In this document: piece by piece, positions 1 through 10,020 of the stretch
How the letters are laid out: each line of letters starts with the position of its first letter
Position numbering within the stretch: the first letter of the stretch is position 1
DNA from: a virus
Taxonomy: Duplodnaviria; Caudoviricetes
Length of the DNA stretch: 64,000 bases
Virus record (IMG/VR): IMGVR_UViG_3300011116_001229
Reading direction: 5' to 3' (one strand)
Program-made: the position numbers and the translations under genes
Notes under the pieces: model-generated
What the model saw: the letters and a program-made list of their open reading frames with translations, nothing else
Told to the model about the DNA's origin: nothing
The model's database searches: none

Positions 1-333
1 GTACCATTTTATATTTGCTTGCATTGCTGCTTCTAACATGTTTGTATTAAACTGAAGCATGGGGCCCATAATGTCAGCAGGTCTTTCAATGCACACTTTT
101 GGCGAGCATTTAATTCCAACTAAATTAAAGACGTAGTCAATATTTTCACATATTTTTTTACATGAATTAAAGTCTCTGAGGTCAACATTGACAAATTCTA
201 CACCTTTTACATCAGGGGCTTGTCTAATGTCGGCAACTCTAATATTTGCTCTCCTCTTTTGTAGAAGGTCAACAAGATGCCTGCCAATCATCCCATTCCC
301 ACCAGTAACTAATACTTTCTTGTTTTCAAACAT
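1..333 (-). CDS. NAD-dependent epimerase/reductase (extended SDR), truncated by window edge
   Basis: Not in ORF track. Read manually from ATG at 333: MFENKKVLVTGGNGMIGRHLV..., Rossmann TGGxGxIG; overlaps the stop of the 326..1507 gene. Confidence 0.85.
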   Translation of the reverse strand, partial: MFENKKVLVTGGNGMIGRHLVDLLQKRRANIRVADIRQAPDVKGVEFVNVDLRDFNSCKKICENIDYVFNLVGIKCSPKVCIERPADIMGPMLQFNTNMLEAAMQANIKWY

Positions 334-1507
334 TATCAATCTCCTGAGAAAATTTAAGACAAATTTTTTCAATATCATCATCATTGACGTCAGAATGATT
401 GCCAATGTAAAGACCGAAATCATGTACATGATTGACTGTTTCCAAATTTCCTACAATTTTGTGAGTAAACTTTTTTAGATATGGTTGACGTGCTTGATTA
501 CCTCCGCCGGCTGTGCCTTTTCTGTATTCAATTCCTTCGCTGTCAAGAATATCACATATCTTTTTAAAAGCATCTTCATTTGGTCTACGCAAAATTAGGG
601 GCAGAGAGAAATTACTACTTCCCAATGTATCAAACTCTGTAATGAATGTTCTAGAGTCAAGCTTGGAAAGCCAACTCATAAGATTATTAGTTCTTTTTTG
701 TATGGTGGAATCTAGGTGCTTTAATTGTTCTAAACCGATTACTGCATTTATCTCTGTGCTCCTCATGTTGAATCCAGGAACTACGAAAGTGAACAGAGGA
801 TTTAGAGATGGATTTTCATTTGAGTATTTCGCTTTATTTTCTTCGTCAAGCTCACGAATCATACCGTGAGATCTGTATAGTTTAGCAAGATCATAAAGCT
901 CTTTATCATTTGTGCAGATCATTCCACCCTCAATTGTAGTCATATGATGACCGAAGTAGAATGAAAAATTTGATATATCACCAAGAGTTCCAACTTTTCT
1001 TTCATTGAATGTTGCGCCATGTGACTCACAGCAATCTTCAATTAACATCAAATTGTATTTTTTTGCAATTTCAATAATTTTATTATTTATGCCATTAAAT
1101 CCTAGCGTATGAACTAAAACTATTGCTTTTGTATTTTCTGTTATTGCCTCTTCAATATTTTCAGCAGTAATTGCTAAATTTTCCATTGAGACGTCAACAA
1201 ACACGGGAGTCATGCCGAGATTTACGACGGCAGCGATATCAGAGACCCAACCAAGAGGAGGTACAATTATCTCGCCTGCACCTTTTACGTCTCGGCAAAT
1301 TGCAGTCATAATGTAGTTTGCGGAAGCGCCCGAGTTAACAAATACGCTATAAGAAACGCCGAGCCACTCGGACCATTTATTCTCAAACTCTTGTACCTTT
1401 TTTCCTTGCGTCAGCCTCACACCAGGCTCAGAAAGAAATTTTATTAAAGCTTTTTTATCACTGTCTGACACGTTGTCATTGATTAGAGGCCATTTGAAGT
1501 TTTGCAT
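326..1507 (-). CDS. DegT/DnrJ-family PLP enzyme, ColD/E1-like sugar 3-dehydratase (His in place of the Schiff-base Lys)
   Basis: IEDCCESHG and SFYFGHHMTTIEGG motifs; His at the catalytic Lys position as in ColD/RfbH; no E1 Fe-S Cys insert seen. Confidence 0.8.
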   Translation of the reverse strand: MQNFKWPLINDNVSDSDKKALIKFLSEPGVRLTQGKKVQEFENKWSEWLGVSYSVFVNSGASANYIMTAICRDVKGAGEIIVPPLGWVSDIAAVVNLGMTPVFVDVSMENLAITAENIEEAITENTKAIVLVHTLGFNGINNKIIEIAKKYNLMLIEDCCESHGATFNERKVGTLGDISNFSFYFGHHMTTIEGGMICTNDKELYDLAKLYRSHGMIRELDEENKAKYSNENPSLNPLFTFVVPGFNMRSTEINAVIGLEQLKHLDSTIQKRTNNLMSWLSKLDSRTFITEFDTLGSSNFSLPLILRRPNEDAFKKICDILDSEGIEYRKGTAGGGNQARQPYLKKFTHKIVGNLETVNHVHDFGLYIGNHSDVNDDDIEKICLKFSQEIDNV

Positions 1508-1511
1508 ATTG

Positions 1512-1994
1512 TCACTTGTCTCTTTTTTGTAAAATTGGATTTAAAATCGGCCAGTCAATTCCGATAGTAGAATCATTCCATTTAATAGTAAATTGTTCAT
1601 CAACATCGGGATATGTGCCCTCGTAAGACCACTTATAATGAAACACAGACTGTTTACTCATTACAAGGAATCCATTACCGAAACCAGGCGGAAGTAATAT
1701 AGACTTCTTATTTTTGTCACTCAACATAACCCAGTCCCACTTTTTAAATGTGGGTGAGTCTGGGCGATTGTCGACAACTACAAAATAAATTTCGCCAAAC
1801 AGGCACGTTACCAATTTAGTTGACTTAAAATCGCCATGAATGCCTCTTAGCACATTCTTTCTTGATGTTGAAACTTTGTCATGATTAAATTTAATAGACG
1901 GATATGTTTCATCCTCTTTCCACAGAGTCCACAAGTCTCCTCTGTAGTCACTGTAATAACTTGCTTCATACTCTTTGACATCAGAAAATATCAT
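1512..1994 (-). CDS. rmlC: dTDP-4-dehydrorhamnose 3,5-epimerase-like cupin
   Basis: S-x-KNVLRGIH, VVVDNRPDSPTFKKW, PPGFGNGF, IKWNDSTIGIDWP. Confidence 0.9.
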   Translation of the reverse strand: MIFSDVKEYEASYYSDYRGDLWTLWKEDETYPSIKFNHDKVSTSRKNVLRGIHGDFKSTKLVTCLFGEIYFVVVDNRPDSPTFKKWDWVMLSDKNKKSILLPPGFGNGFLVMSKQSVFHYKWSYEGTYPDVDEQFTIKWNDSTIGIDWPILNPILQKRDK

Positions 1995-2902
1995 GTTAAT
2001 TTAGTCGATAGTAACTCTAGACATTTATTGATTATTTTTTCAGAGCTTGGTGGAAATAAGTCAACGCTTGGATGAAAACCTGCTGTTCTTTCTTCTAATC
2101 CTAAAACATCGACTGTCTTTTTAGATGATAACATAAGCTGATGAGCGATATTTGTGGCAACTCCTTGAGCGTAGTCATCATCAATTACTAAACCTGCTTT
2201 TGAGTTTTTTAATGCATCTACCGATTTTTGCTTCCCAGTAAAAGGTTTTATCCATAATTGATGAACGATACTTACAGTGTATCCAAGCTCTTCTAATTTT
2301 AGTTTTGCATCTTTTGCTGAAAATCTTGTAATTGATATTGGAAATAATACTATGTCGGAATTTTCATGTATTTCATCTTCAAGTTCTTCACAATTATCAT
2401 AACTTTTTCTATGCTCTGAGACGTAATATGGTACGTCATCTTTCATGAAAGAGTCATAAACTTTTTCATACTCAATTGGGGTCATGGGTGCAGCAATTTT
2501 TAAACCTGGCATTCTATCATATAACGAATGATGTGATGAACCTGCAACTGGACCTACGCCGCCCTCCATTGCAATACTTCTGACAAAGATGGGGCAGGGT
2601 ATTCCCCAAATTTCTTTTGACTTGGCAGCGTAGTTAACAATTGAAGGTGCATTATACCACTGAAATCCCTGATATCTAACAACGTAAATTGGTCTTTCAC
2701 CTGCAAGTGCAATTCCTGTAACAATAGAACCTCCGGCGACGTCAGCCATCGAAAGTTCAACCATTCCGTCTTTCTCATAGAGCTCTGGTAGTGTTCCGCC
2801 AACCCATCCAACAGCTGTTAGACACTGTCCAAAACATCTTTTTCCACTTTCTAGATGTTTCTTAGTAAGAGACTTTATTGTTTCTCTAACGTTCTTTGCC
2901 AT
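1991..2902 (-). CDS. TPP-dependent dehydrogenase E1 beta / transketolase C-terminal-like subunit
   Basis: GIALAGERPI, GPVAGSSHH, PGLKIAAPMTP motifs; adjacent to an alpha subunit. Confidence 0.85.
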   Translation of the reverse strand: MAKNVRETIKSLTKKHLESGKRCFGQCLTAVGWVGGTLPELYEKDGMVELSMADVAGGSIVTGIALAGERPIYVVRYQGFQWYNAPSIVNYAAKSKEIWGIPCPIFVRSIAMEGGVGPVAGSSHHSLYDRMPGLKIAAPMTPIEYEKVYDSFMKDDVPYYVSEHRKSYDNCEELEDEIHENSDIVLFPISITRFSAKDAKLKLEELGYTVSIVHQLWIKPFTGKQKSVDALKNSKAGLVIDDDYAQGVATNIAHQLMLSSKKTVDVLGLEERTAGFHPSVDLFPPSSEKIINKCLELLSTKLT

Positions 2903-3708
2903 AATTCCTCTACATGTAGATGTGTTCTTTCATGTATTTCTTGTGCCTTGATGCCTAATATCTTCATTTCATTTTCATAGCGGTCATAGATAGTTTCGTC
3001 ATCAATACCTGCACCAGCGTGCCAATATTTTCTATGAGTATTGACATTTATAAGCAACGGGCTAGCAAACACAGATGTCAAAGCTTCTTGAATCTCGTGC
3101 GGATCATCATTTATATTAAACGCACTCATTCCAAACGATTTAGCAACATCATCCATCTCCCAGCTTCTTCTAACTTTTTTCTCTGTGAGAATTGAAAGAT
3201 TGTTATCCTCAACAACAAATAATATTGGTAGTTTTTTAGTAGCTGCCCAGCCAAGTGCGCCTAAAACATAGTCTTCTTCTGCAGAGGCATCACCCATAAA
3301 AACTATAGTAGGTTTTTTTGTTGAATAACAGTGCCCAACTGAGATTGGGACTTGACTTCCCATCAGGCCATCGTGACCATAAATATTTTTAGGCCTAGAC
3401 TGAATTGAAGCAGATCCACCCATGCCATTTGAACAACCTGTTTTTCTTCCTAAAAGTTCATCAATTAATTCTTCTATAGGCGCTTCAAAAGACAGATAAG
3501 TTGAATGTCCTCTGTGTTGAATAAAGATATTAGGATTAATCTTTGCTAAAGATAAACATTCAGCAATTGAAGCTGCAATATATTCTTGGCCTGCAGACAG
3601 ATAAATTGGAAATTTAAAAGTATTAAGTTTTATAAGATCAAAAACTTTTTTCTCAAAATTTCTGCAAAGCGAAGCTCGCTTAAATACATTTAGTCTGTAT
3701 TCACTCAT
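2875..3708 (-). CDS. TPP-dependent dehydrogenase E1 alpha-like subunit
   Basis: YLSAGQE, HRGH, GMGGSA, TPP-binding GDA...FVVEDN motif. Confidence 0.9.
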   Translation of the reverse strand: MSEYRLNVFKRASLCRNFEKKVFDLIKLNTFKFPIYLSAGQEYIAASIAECLSLAKINPNIFIQHRGHSTYLSFEAPIEELIDELLGRKTGCSNGMGGSASIQSRPKNIYGHDGLMGSQVPISVGHCYSTKKPTIVFMGDASAEEDYVLGALGWAATKKLPILFVVEDNNLSILTEKKVRRSWEMDDVAKSFGMSAFNINDDPHEIQEALTSVFASPLLINVNTHRKYWHAGAGIDDETIYDRYENEMKILGIKAQEIHERTHLHVEELWQRTLEKQ

Positions 3709-4087
3709 AATTCTTTTCTATAAAAAGCAAGGCATCATTCCAGTTGCTAAATCTATAACCTTTATCATCAATGTACAGAAAAGCTCTTGGTTTTTCAGAT
3801 GTTACTTCTTTTACTAGAGAAAATATTTCATACTTTTTAAGCCAATCTTCTACATGCTCTTTTCCTGTTTTACCTTGAATAAGAGGTCTGTTTGGTTTAG
3901 CTTTTGCAGTAAAAATAACAATATTGAACTTTTTAGATAGTTTCTTGACTGACTCAATTGCACCGGGCAAGGGTTCTCCGTAGCATGTTCCATCATGAAA
4001 ACCTTTACTAAAATCGTGTATTACACCATCAAAGTCAATTGCGATATTGTTTGACTCATTTTCAAATCCTGGCGGGAAATCTTTCAT
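3701..4087 (-). CDS. Minimal HAD-family phosphatase
   Basis: IAIDFDGVIH (DxD), FTA, KP..YIDDK motifs. Confidence 0.75.
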   Translation of the reverse strand: MKDFPPGFENESNNIAIDFDGVIHDFSKGFHDGTCYGEPLPGAIESVKKLSKKFNIVIFTAKAKPNRPLIQGKTGKEHVEDWLKKYEIFSLVKEVTSEKPRAFLYIDDKGYRFSNWNDALLFIEKNYE

Positions 4088-4089
4088 AA

Positions 4090-4764
4090 TTAAAAGTTAC
4101 CTTCATGAGTTAAAACAATCGTGTTATTAGACATATTAGAAAAAACTTTTAACAATTTTTTTAAGACATCTTTGGTTACAATATCGCCGGGACCTGCAAC
4201 ATTAATGTCATACTCTGTTAAGAGGCCTCCTCTTAAAAACATAATGTGTGAATCAGTTTGTTCTAATAGTCTTTGCATATGTTGCATGCTATCAATGTGA
4301 TGAACAGCTATTTTTTTTCCACCAAGATTATAGAAATTACTCAATCCTTTGACTGGTTCATCGATCCAAATACATTCACTTGCTTTTGGTAATTCATTTG
4401 ACTCATCTTCATAAGGCTGACCTGTTCTTCCATATTTGTCTTCAAGTCTAACAAGATCGTGCTTATTGACAGGTGTTTCAATTTCGAATATGCATAAATT
4501 AGAACCAATTGCATGTGTAGAATGAAAAAGTCCTTTTCTTATCATTGTCTTTTCTTTTGTAGATAGACTTAACTTATTAGATAAGAAAGAAACTTCTGCA
4601 TCTCCATCAATTACCATCAGGCCCGTAGTTTTATTTGGGTGACAGTGCATTGAAGTTTTTTGGTCCCTTAAAATACTAAGAAACCATAAAGCTACATTTT
4701 CATTTTCATATACTAGATATTCATAGCCCCATGGTTTCTTAACAATATTCGTCTTATAACTCAT
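4090..4764 (-). CDS. Cupin-domain protein (mannose-6-phosphate isomerase type II C-terminal-like)
   Basis: KPWGYE, SMHCHP, GLFHS, EIETP cupin motifs. Confidence 0.7.
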   Translation of the reverse strand: MSYKTNIVKKPWGYEYLVYENENVALWFLSILRDQKTSMHCHPNKTTGLMVIDGDAEVSFLSNKLSLSTKEKTMIRKGLFHSTHAIGSNLCIFEIETPVNKHDLVRLEDKYGRTGQPYEDESNELPKASECIWIDEPVKGLSNFYNLGGKKIAVHHIDSMQHMQRLLEQTDSHIMFLRGGLLTEYDINVAGPGDIVTKDVLKKLLKVFSNMSNNTIVLTHEGNF

Positions 4765-4765
4765 C

Positions 4766-5293
4766 TCACACCATGCTGATCGCTTTTTTCATCCAAGGTC
4801 CCATGTGTTTATAATGCGGAGATGTAACAATATTGTTAGAGACAACAAAGGGCGCATCAACGTATATTGCTCCTGCATTGTTAATATCATCCTTAATACT
4901 ATAGTACCCAGAGATCTGTCTTCCCTCAACAACTTTTGAAGAAATTAAAAGTTGAGCACCATGACAAATACAAGCTATGACTTTTTTTCTCTTATCCCAC
5001 TCATTAATAAAGTCTAGGACATCTTTTTCTTGTCTAAGATACTCTAGAGCCTTGACTCCACCAGGAATTACAAGTAAGTCATACTTTAAAAAGTTTTCTC
5101 TTTTGCTTGCATCAGACAGATCACTTAGCAGATGAGTTCCGTTCATGTACGTTCCTAATATGCCATAAAATCTTCCTTGTTTGTTAGACATAATTTCAAC
5201 ATCATACTCATCTTCTGTTAGTCGATAGTATGGATAGATGACCTCATGGTCTTGATAACTTTCATATGTCAATATTAATGCTTTTTTATTCAT
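4766..5293 (-). CDS. DJ-1/PfpI family protein
   Basis: QDHEVIYP, LLVIPGG, ACICHGAQLL nucleophile elbow. Confidence 0.9.
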   Translation of the reverse strand: MNKKALILTYESYQDHEVIYPYYRLTEDEYDVEIMSNKQGRFYGILGTYMNGTHLLSDLSDASKRENFLKYDLLVIPGGVKALEYLRQEKDVLDFINEWDKRKKVIACICHGAQLLISSKVVEGRQISGYYSIKDDINNAGAIYVDAPFVVSNNIVTSPHYKHMGPWMKKAISMV

Positions 5294-5937
5294 TTTCCCT
5301 CATCGTGTTTGTAAACAAGTAGCGTATCGTCTCCCCTACCAGAGTCTTTAGAGAAATCAACTCTCTCAAATTGATTTAAAAAATTTTCAGGATAGACGTT
5401 TTCAGGATAAATGTCTTCAATAACATAGACGCCGCCTGGTTTTAGTTTGCTCTTGAGTATAGAAAAGTTACTAATTTGATTATCGGCTATGTGTGAGCCA
5501 TCGTCGATTATAAGATCAAATTTTCTACTTCCTAGTGGCTCATATGTTAGTAGACTTTCATGATTGCCTGAAATTAGTTTTAAGTTAGGATAGTTGCTTG
5601 GATCTATCCATAATCGATCTAAATTTTGGTCAACACCGCAAATAAAAGCTTGTGGTAATGATTCACACCACGCAGCAACTGATCCGCCAAAATATGTTCC
5701 TAGCTCCATTATTGAAAAGTCTTCTTCTTTTTGACTTCCAAGTAAATTTGTTATTAGGCTTGCGTAAAATTCACCATAAGAGTGGTATAGATTTTTGTCA
5801 GTATAATGCCTTTTTCTATTAGCACATTCTATAGAATGACATCCATTCGGTCTAGCTCCACAAGATCCTTCTTGATAAAATCTATCGGAGTAAAAGTTTA
5901 GTCTTTCTAAAATCTTGTCTTTTAATGTAATAGTCAC
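5290..5937 (-). CDS. Class I SAM-dependent (O-)methyltransferase
   Basis: MELGTYFGGS, DLIIDDGSH, LKPGGVYVIED. Confidence 0.85.
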   Translation of the reverse strand: MTITLKDKILERLNFYSDRFYQEGSCGARPNGCHSIECANRKRHYTDKNLYHSYGEFYASLITNLLGSQKEEDFSIMELGTYFGGSVAAWCESLPQAFICGVDQNLDRLWIDPSNYPNLKLISGNHESLLTYEPLGSRKFDLIIDDGSHIADNQISNFSILKSKLKPGGVYVIEDIYPENVYPENFLNQFERVDFSKDSGRGDDTLLVYKHDEGK

Positions 5938-6335
5938 CAGCTTACCTCCCAGTCTTTAAAGTCTGCTGCTAAACAGTCAATTTTATAATCTTTTCTTCCG
6001 CCTGCCGACTCTTGAATCTTATTCTTGGCTGTATTTCGTATTCCATTAAGACCATGAGTAAGCTCTAGATTATTACCATCTTTAATGCCTTTTCTATAGT
6101 TTGACTCATTATGCCATATGTGAAGATTCATTTGTGAAAGTACAACAATAGCTCTAACGTCTTCTGCAGAGAGGACTATATTTGAATCATTTAAGCATTG
6201 TTGTATGTCATAAACAATGTCTTTAATTTCTTCTGAATATTCTTTTTTATGTTCAGTAATAAAGACTTCTTTTAGCTGAAGAATTGAGAGTCTATCAATT
6301 AGCTCTGATAGTGTAGGCAGATATCTTCTATTCAT
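5934..6335 (-). CDS. Hypothetical protein (DUF6165-like helical protein)
   Basis: TLSELIDRLSILQLKE resembles small proteins found in phage glycan clusters; in-operon position. Confidence 0.45.
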   Translation of the reverse strand: MNRRYLPTLSELIDRLSILQLKEVFITEHKKEYSEEIKDIVYDIQQCLNDSNIVLSAEDVRAIVVLSQMNLHIWHNESNYRKGIKDGNNLELTHGLNGIRNTAKNKIQESAGGRKDYKIDCLAADFKDWEVSW

Positions 6336-6372
6336 GTTTTTCTTGAATATAACAAGTTAGATAGAAAGTGTA

Positions 6373-7167
6373 TTAGAGATAAGACTGTTTTAAGTCTAGT
6401 AATGTATCAGAGAGAAGTTGATCGTATGAATAAAGAATTTTTTCTGAGCTAAGATACGTTAATTTTTTTTGAGAGCTTTGTCTAGACTCAGTGACATATT
6501 CTTCATAGTTCATATTAAATTTTTTATAGAGATCTTTAGCATACTCTCTGACATTAAAATAGGTACCGGATCCTATAATCTGTGATTGTTTTGTAATTTC
6601 AGCTTGACTAGCAACCCATTTAGCGTGCAAAATATCTCTATTCCAGTCTAGATTTCCAACTTCTATCTTTTTTTTACAAAGCAATGACTGAAAAATCTTA
6701 CCCATTAAGAAATTAGAACTTCTGTATCTTGAATTAAAATTGAAAGGATATAAAATTATTACATTTTCTATTTCTTTTAAAATTTTAGCAGCTTTGTATT
6801 TTGAAATAGTGTAATAGTTTTCTTCAAAGTTAAAGTCCGTATTTAAGCTAATAGCTCCGGAACAATTACTCCAAAGTTCTACAGTTGAAAAATATACAAT
6901 TTCTTTTGCATTAATTTTTTTTGCAACTTCTAGTGTTAAGTCAACATTAATTCTATTAAACTCTTCTTTAAAAGCTATATCATGCGCATGTACTGTTCTT
7001 TGTTCTGCAAAACAGATATAAACTCTTTCCCAATTAGCCTGATAAATATGATTGGGTATATTTCTAGAAGATACTCTTACTAGTTCTGGGGACATGTAAT
7101 TGGATAGCTGAGAGCTTTCACCAATTATTAAGTTATTTTTAAATAGACTGCTACGCATGAAATCCAT
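6373..7167 (-). CDS. NAD-dependent epimerase/dehydratase-like SDR
   Basis: YFSTVELW, YTISKYKA (YxxxK), RDILHA; start moved to MDFMRS (7167) to avoid a 100-nt overlap. Confidence 0.7.
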   Translation of the reverse strand: MDFMRSSLFKNNLIIGESSQLSNYMSPELVRVSSRNIPNHIYQANWERVYICFAEQRTVHAHDIAFKEEFNRINVDLTLEVAKKINAKEIVYFSTVELWSNCSGAISLNTDFNFEENYYTISKYKAAKILKEIENVIILYPFNFNSRYRSSNFLMGKIFQSLLCKKKIEVGNLDWNRDILHAKWVASQAEITKQSQIIGSGTYFNVREYAKDLYKKFNMNYEEYVTESRQSSQKKLTYLSSEKILYSYDQLLSDTLLDLKQSYL

Positions 7168-7912
7168 TATAGCCAGATTTTGGATAGTAGTCTCTAAACT
7201 GATGAACAAGCTTGTGACTGCTAGTTCTCCAGCTTGAATCGCGCAAACATTCGACAACTTCTGGATTATGAACAGAATGATATCCGGCTGCAGCTAAAAA
7301 TACTGGTAGCCAAATATCACTATGATGTACTCTTTCATCTGTCATGAGAAGATCATGAAATAGTTCTTTATTTTTATAGACAACATCAACACCTTTTAAA
7401 AAAGATTTTGAAGAAAAAATTTGTGGATATCCCCACCATTCAAAATTTGCTGATCCCGGTATTTTACTTAAAAATTTTTGAATACAGCTTCCATCGGGTC
7501 TAGACGCGTAATGATTAACGTGCGGCTGCAACATAGAAACACTATTTGGGATAGTTAATTTTCCACGAAGCATAACGTCAGGTTGTGAGCATAACATGTA
7601 TTCTGTATTGCACTTAATAGTTGCTTCTACGTGCCTTGAAATTACAATATCAAGATAGTCTTCAATTTTTTTTTGAATTTCTACTTGTCTAAAATTGTTA
7701 GAATTGACATTTCTCACAAGCCAGCTGGCCATGGCGTCATCTACAACTTTACATGTTAGACTACTGTACTTCTCTTGTAGGTATGAAAAATCGTCTCCCT
7801 CAGAGTAGATAAATGCAGGTCTATTGGGATAAAACTCATAAAATGTGCTTATAGAAAAATCTACAGCTTTACCTTCTTTGTAGGCTGTAAAGAACATACC
7901 TAGATCTGTCAT
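7151..7912 (-). CDS. Putative GT-A-fold glycosyltransferase
   Basis: Operon context, QPDV and HSDIW acidic motifs; family not assignable. Confidence 0.45.
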   Translation of the reverse strand: MTDLGMFFTAYKEGKAVDFSISTFYEFYPNRPAFIYSEGDDFSYLQEKYSSLTCKVVDDAMASWLVRNVNSNNFRQVEIQKKIEDYLDIVISRHVEATIKCNTEYMLCSQPDVMLRGKLTIPNSVSMLQPHVNHYASRPDGSCIQKFLSKIPGSANFEWWGYPQIFSSKSFLKGVDVVYKNKELFHDLLMTDERVHHSDIWLPVFLAAAGYHSVHNPEVVECLRDSSWRTSSHKLVHQFRDYYPKSGYNGFHA

Positions 7913-7916
7913 ATAT

Positions 7917-8945
7917 CTACTGAATCCTTTCTATGACTTGAAGTAAAGCTTCAGCTCTATTCACAAATGTATGATTAGCTTGAACATATTTCATTTGTTC
8001 TAAAACATAGTCGTAGTCTTTTGACTTTTCTTTTGCCATGTAAGCCATTTCATACTCATTATCACTGTATAAGATCAATTCTCCAAATAAATCTTTGACT
8101 GCTTTAGAGTTAGTTGCTCCAACTTGCCCATAACTAATATTTTTAAAAGTTCTACAAGGTATGTAGCCAATTTTTTTATGATCAACCCCTGTATCAGGCT
8201 TTCCGTTAACATTCTTTCTTAAAAAACTACCTCTTATGTCAGGTGCTATAAAAGACCTCTGTGTTAATTTAATTGCATCTTCAAAAGATACAGGTGATTT
8301 CCATGGATCTACATGATAAAGAGGTACTCCAAACTCTTGAAGGGCTTTATTAAATAACATTATTTGATTAACGTTATTTTCTCCAACTGATCCAATATAA
8401 AAGCAGACATTTTCACGACTAATAAACCTGTCATCAAAGTTGAACTCATGAGGAAGCTTGTCAGTTGCCCAAGAAAGATAAACAGCGCTGTAGTTTTCAA
8501 CTCCTGTTCTAAATTGCTCAGATATGGCGGAGTCATTAGCATTCTTTAGAAAAAATGCGCACTCTCCCAATTTTTCTGTTTTGTTTCTGTCCAATTCATA
8601 TGAATAGTTTAAATCATTGATATGATCAACGTTCAGCCTAATGTCAACAAATTTTGCTCCTCGGTCAAGGTATTTCTTTGGATTAATTCCAAAATTAACG
8701 AAATATATGCTAGAGTCATTTACAGGAATGTTCTTATCGCCCCACCCTTCTGTGATAAAAATAGAATTACTGTAGTCAAAGTCTTTAGGATAATTTTCGT
8801 CATCAAACCAGAATGAACTAAATCCAAGATGTCTAAAAACTCTATGCCACATGGCATGTGTGTAAGACTGTGTGTGTGTATGAAGAGGATATCCCCAAAC
8901 TATTACTTTTTTATACTTTAAATTCAATTTTTCCTCTATAAACAC
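7917..8945 (-). CDS. Putative GT-B glycosyltransferase
   Basis: C-terminal CRTFKNISYG...HTFVNRAEALL resembles Glyco_trans_1_2 termini. Confidence 0.6.
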   Translation of the reverse strand: MFIEEKLNLKYKKVIVWGYPLHTHTQSYTHAMWHRVFRHLGFSSFWFDDENYPKDFDYSNSIFITEGWGDKNIPVNDSSIYFVNFGINPKKYLDRGAKFVDIRLNVDHINDLNYSYELDRNKTEKLGECAFFLKNANDSAISEQFRTGVENYSAVYLSWATDKLPHEFNFDDRFISRENVCFYIGSVGENNVNQIMLFNKALQEFGVPLYHVDPWKSPVSFEDAIKLTQRSFIAPDIRGSFLRKNVNGKPDTGVDHKKIGYIPCRTFKNISYGQVGATNSKAVKDLFGELILYSDNEYEMAYMAKEKSKDYDYVLEQMKYVQANHTFVNRAEALLQVIERIQ

Positions 8946-8951
8946 AAATCT

Positions 8952-9620
8952 TTATTTCGCACTTGATGTGTCATAAATTGCATTCACTAGCCAACCTTTT
9001 AGTTGTGTATGACACATCTGGTCGACATAAATTTTTTCAACTTTTATTCTAGAGCCATACTTGTCTAAAGTTGATGTAATCATTTCTTGAGTTACTGTCC
9101 ATGGGTGACCTTCGTGCGGAGGTAGATCAACCCATTCACTAATTCTTACTAAGTTAGCTACATTTGCCATATTCTCTAAAATTGCAATGGGATCCAAGAC
9201 GTGTTGAAGAACACCGGCCATCCATGCCTCATCAAGTTTCTCAGTAAGACCTAAAAATTCTAGATTGACTAGCTCCCCAGGAGCTTGTATAAACTTTATA
9301 TTATTTTCTTCGTATCTATCTCTCACCCATTGTGGCATGTCAAGCGGCTCAACAGCAAATGATGGACCAAGTTTGTCTGATCTAACAGTATAACCAACAA
9401 CTCCGGCGCCATATTCAATAATTCTTTTTCCTCTTGCATTTGAGACTTTTTTATCTTCAAATTCAAGACCCATAAAACCGCCTATAAAGATATGATTTTC
9501 AATTCCTAAGAAAAGTTCTTTATTGTTTAAGTTATAACTCCACGAGTCTAATTCATATTTTTGACATTCATCCCACTCTGTCCAAGAAATAGGGAAATTT
9601 TTATCTCTCTTGTAGTCCAT
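8952..9620 (-). CDS. Class I SAM-dependent methyltransferase
   Basis: IIEYGAG motif I, GVLQHVLDP. Confidence 0.7.
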   Translation of the reverse strand: MDYKRDKNFPISWTEWDECQKYELDSWSYNLNNKELFLGIENHIFIGGFMGLEFEDKKVSNARGKRIIEYGAGVVGYTVRSDKLGPSFAVEPLDMPQWVRDRYEENNIKFIQAPGELVNLEFLGLTEKLDEAWMAGVLQHVLDPIAILENMANVANLVRISEWVDLPPHEGHPWTVTQEMITSTLDKYGSRIKVEKIYVDQMCHTQLKGWLVNAIYDTSSAK

Positions 9621-9641
9621 ACATTTTTCCTTATTAAATTA

Positions 9642-9998
9642 TTAATTATTTTTTATACCTGTTGCACGTTCAAGATTATCAAAAGCATAGACTGCTTTAT
9701 CATCAATGTAAAAATCTGCGCTAGGTTTGCCGAAATAAATTTCGTCATAGGGTATATTAAATTTTTCTAAAGTTTCAAAAGTTATTTTACCAATTTCAGC
9801 TAGAGCCCGACCAGAGTTGCCTGAATAAGTTCCCATTTTTCTCGCAGTATAAAGAATAACTGTGTGCCCCAAAGATTTTACCAGTCTTACAAATTCAATA
9901 TTCTTATAAATTGGTTTAACAGTAGAATAGTCTCCCTCAACATTTGGAGATGTAACAAGAGTTTTATCAATATCAAAACAAATTCTTAAAATTTTCAT
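9642..9998 (-). CDS. Capsule-biosynthesis phosphatase (EcbF/BcbF-like HAD IIIC)
   Basis: CFDIDKTL, YTARKM, PYDEIYFGKPSADFYIDDKA. Confidence 0.85.
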   Translation of the reverse strand: MKILRICFDIDKTLVTSPNVEGDYSTVKPIYKNIEFVRLVKSLGHTVILYTARKMGTYSGNSGRALAEIGKITFETLEKFNIPYDEIYFGKPSADFYIDDKAVYAFDNLERATGIKNN

Positions 9999-10020
9999 AT
10001 TAGTTTATACAGTACTTCGT

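Noticed and set aside
1991-3708. Pyruvate dehydrogenase as a central-metabolism auxiliary gene
   Set aside because: No E2/E3, embedded in a sugar operon, atypical beta-subunit motif
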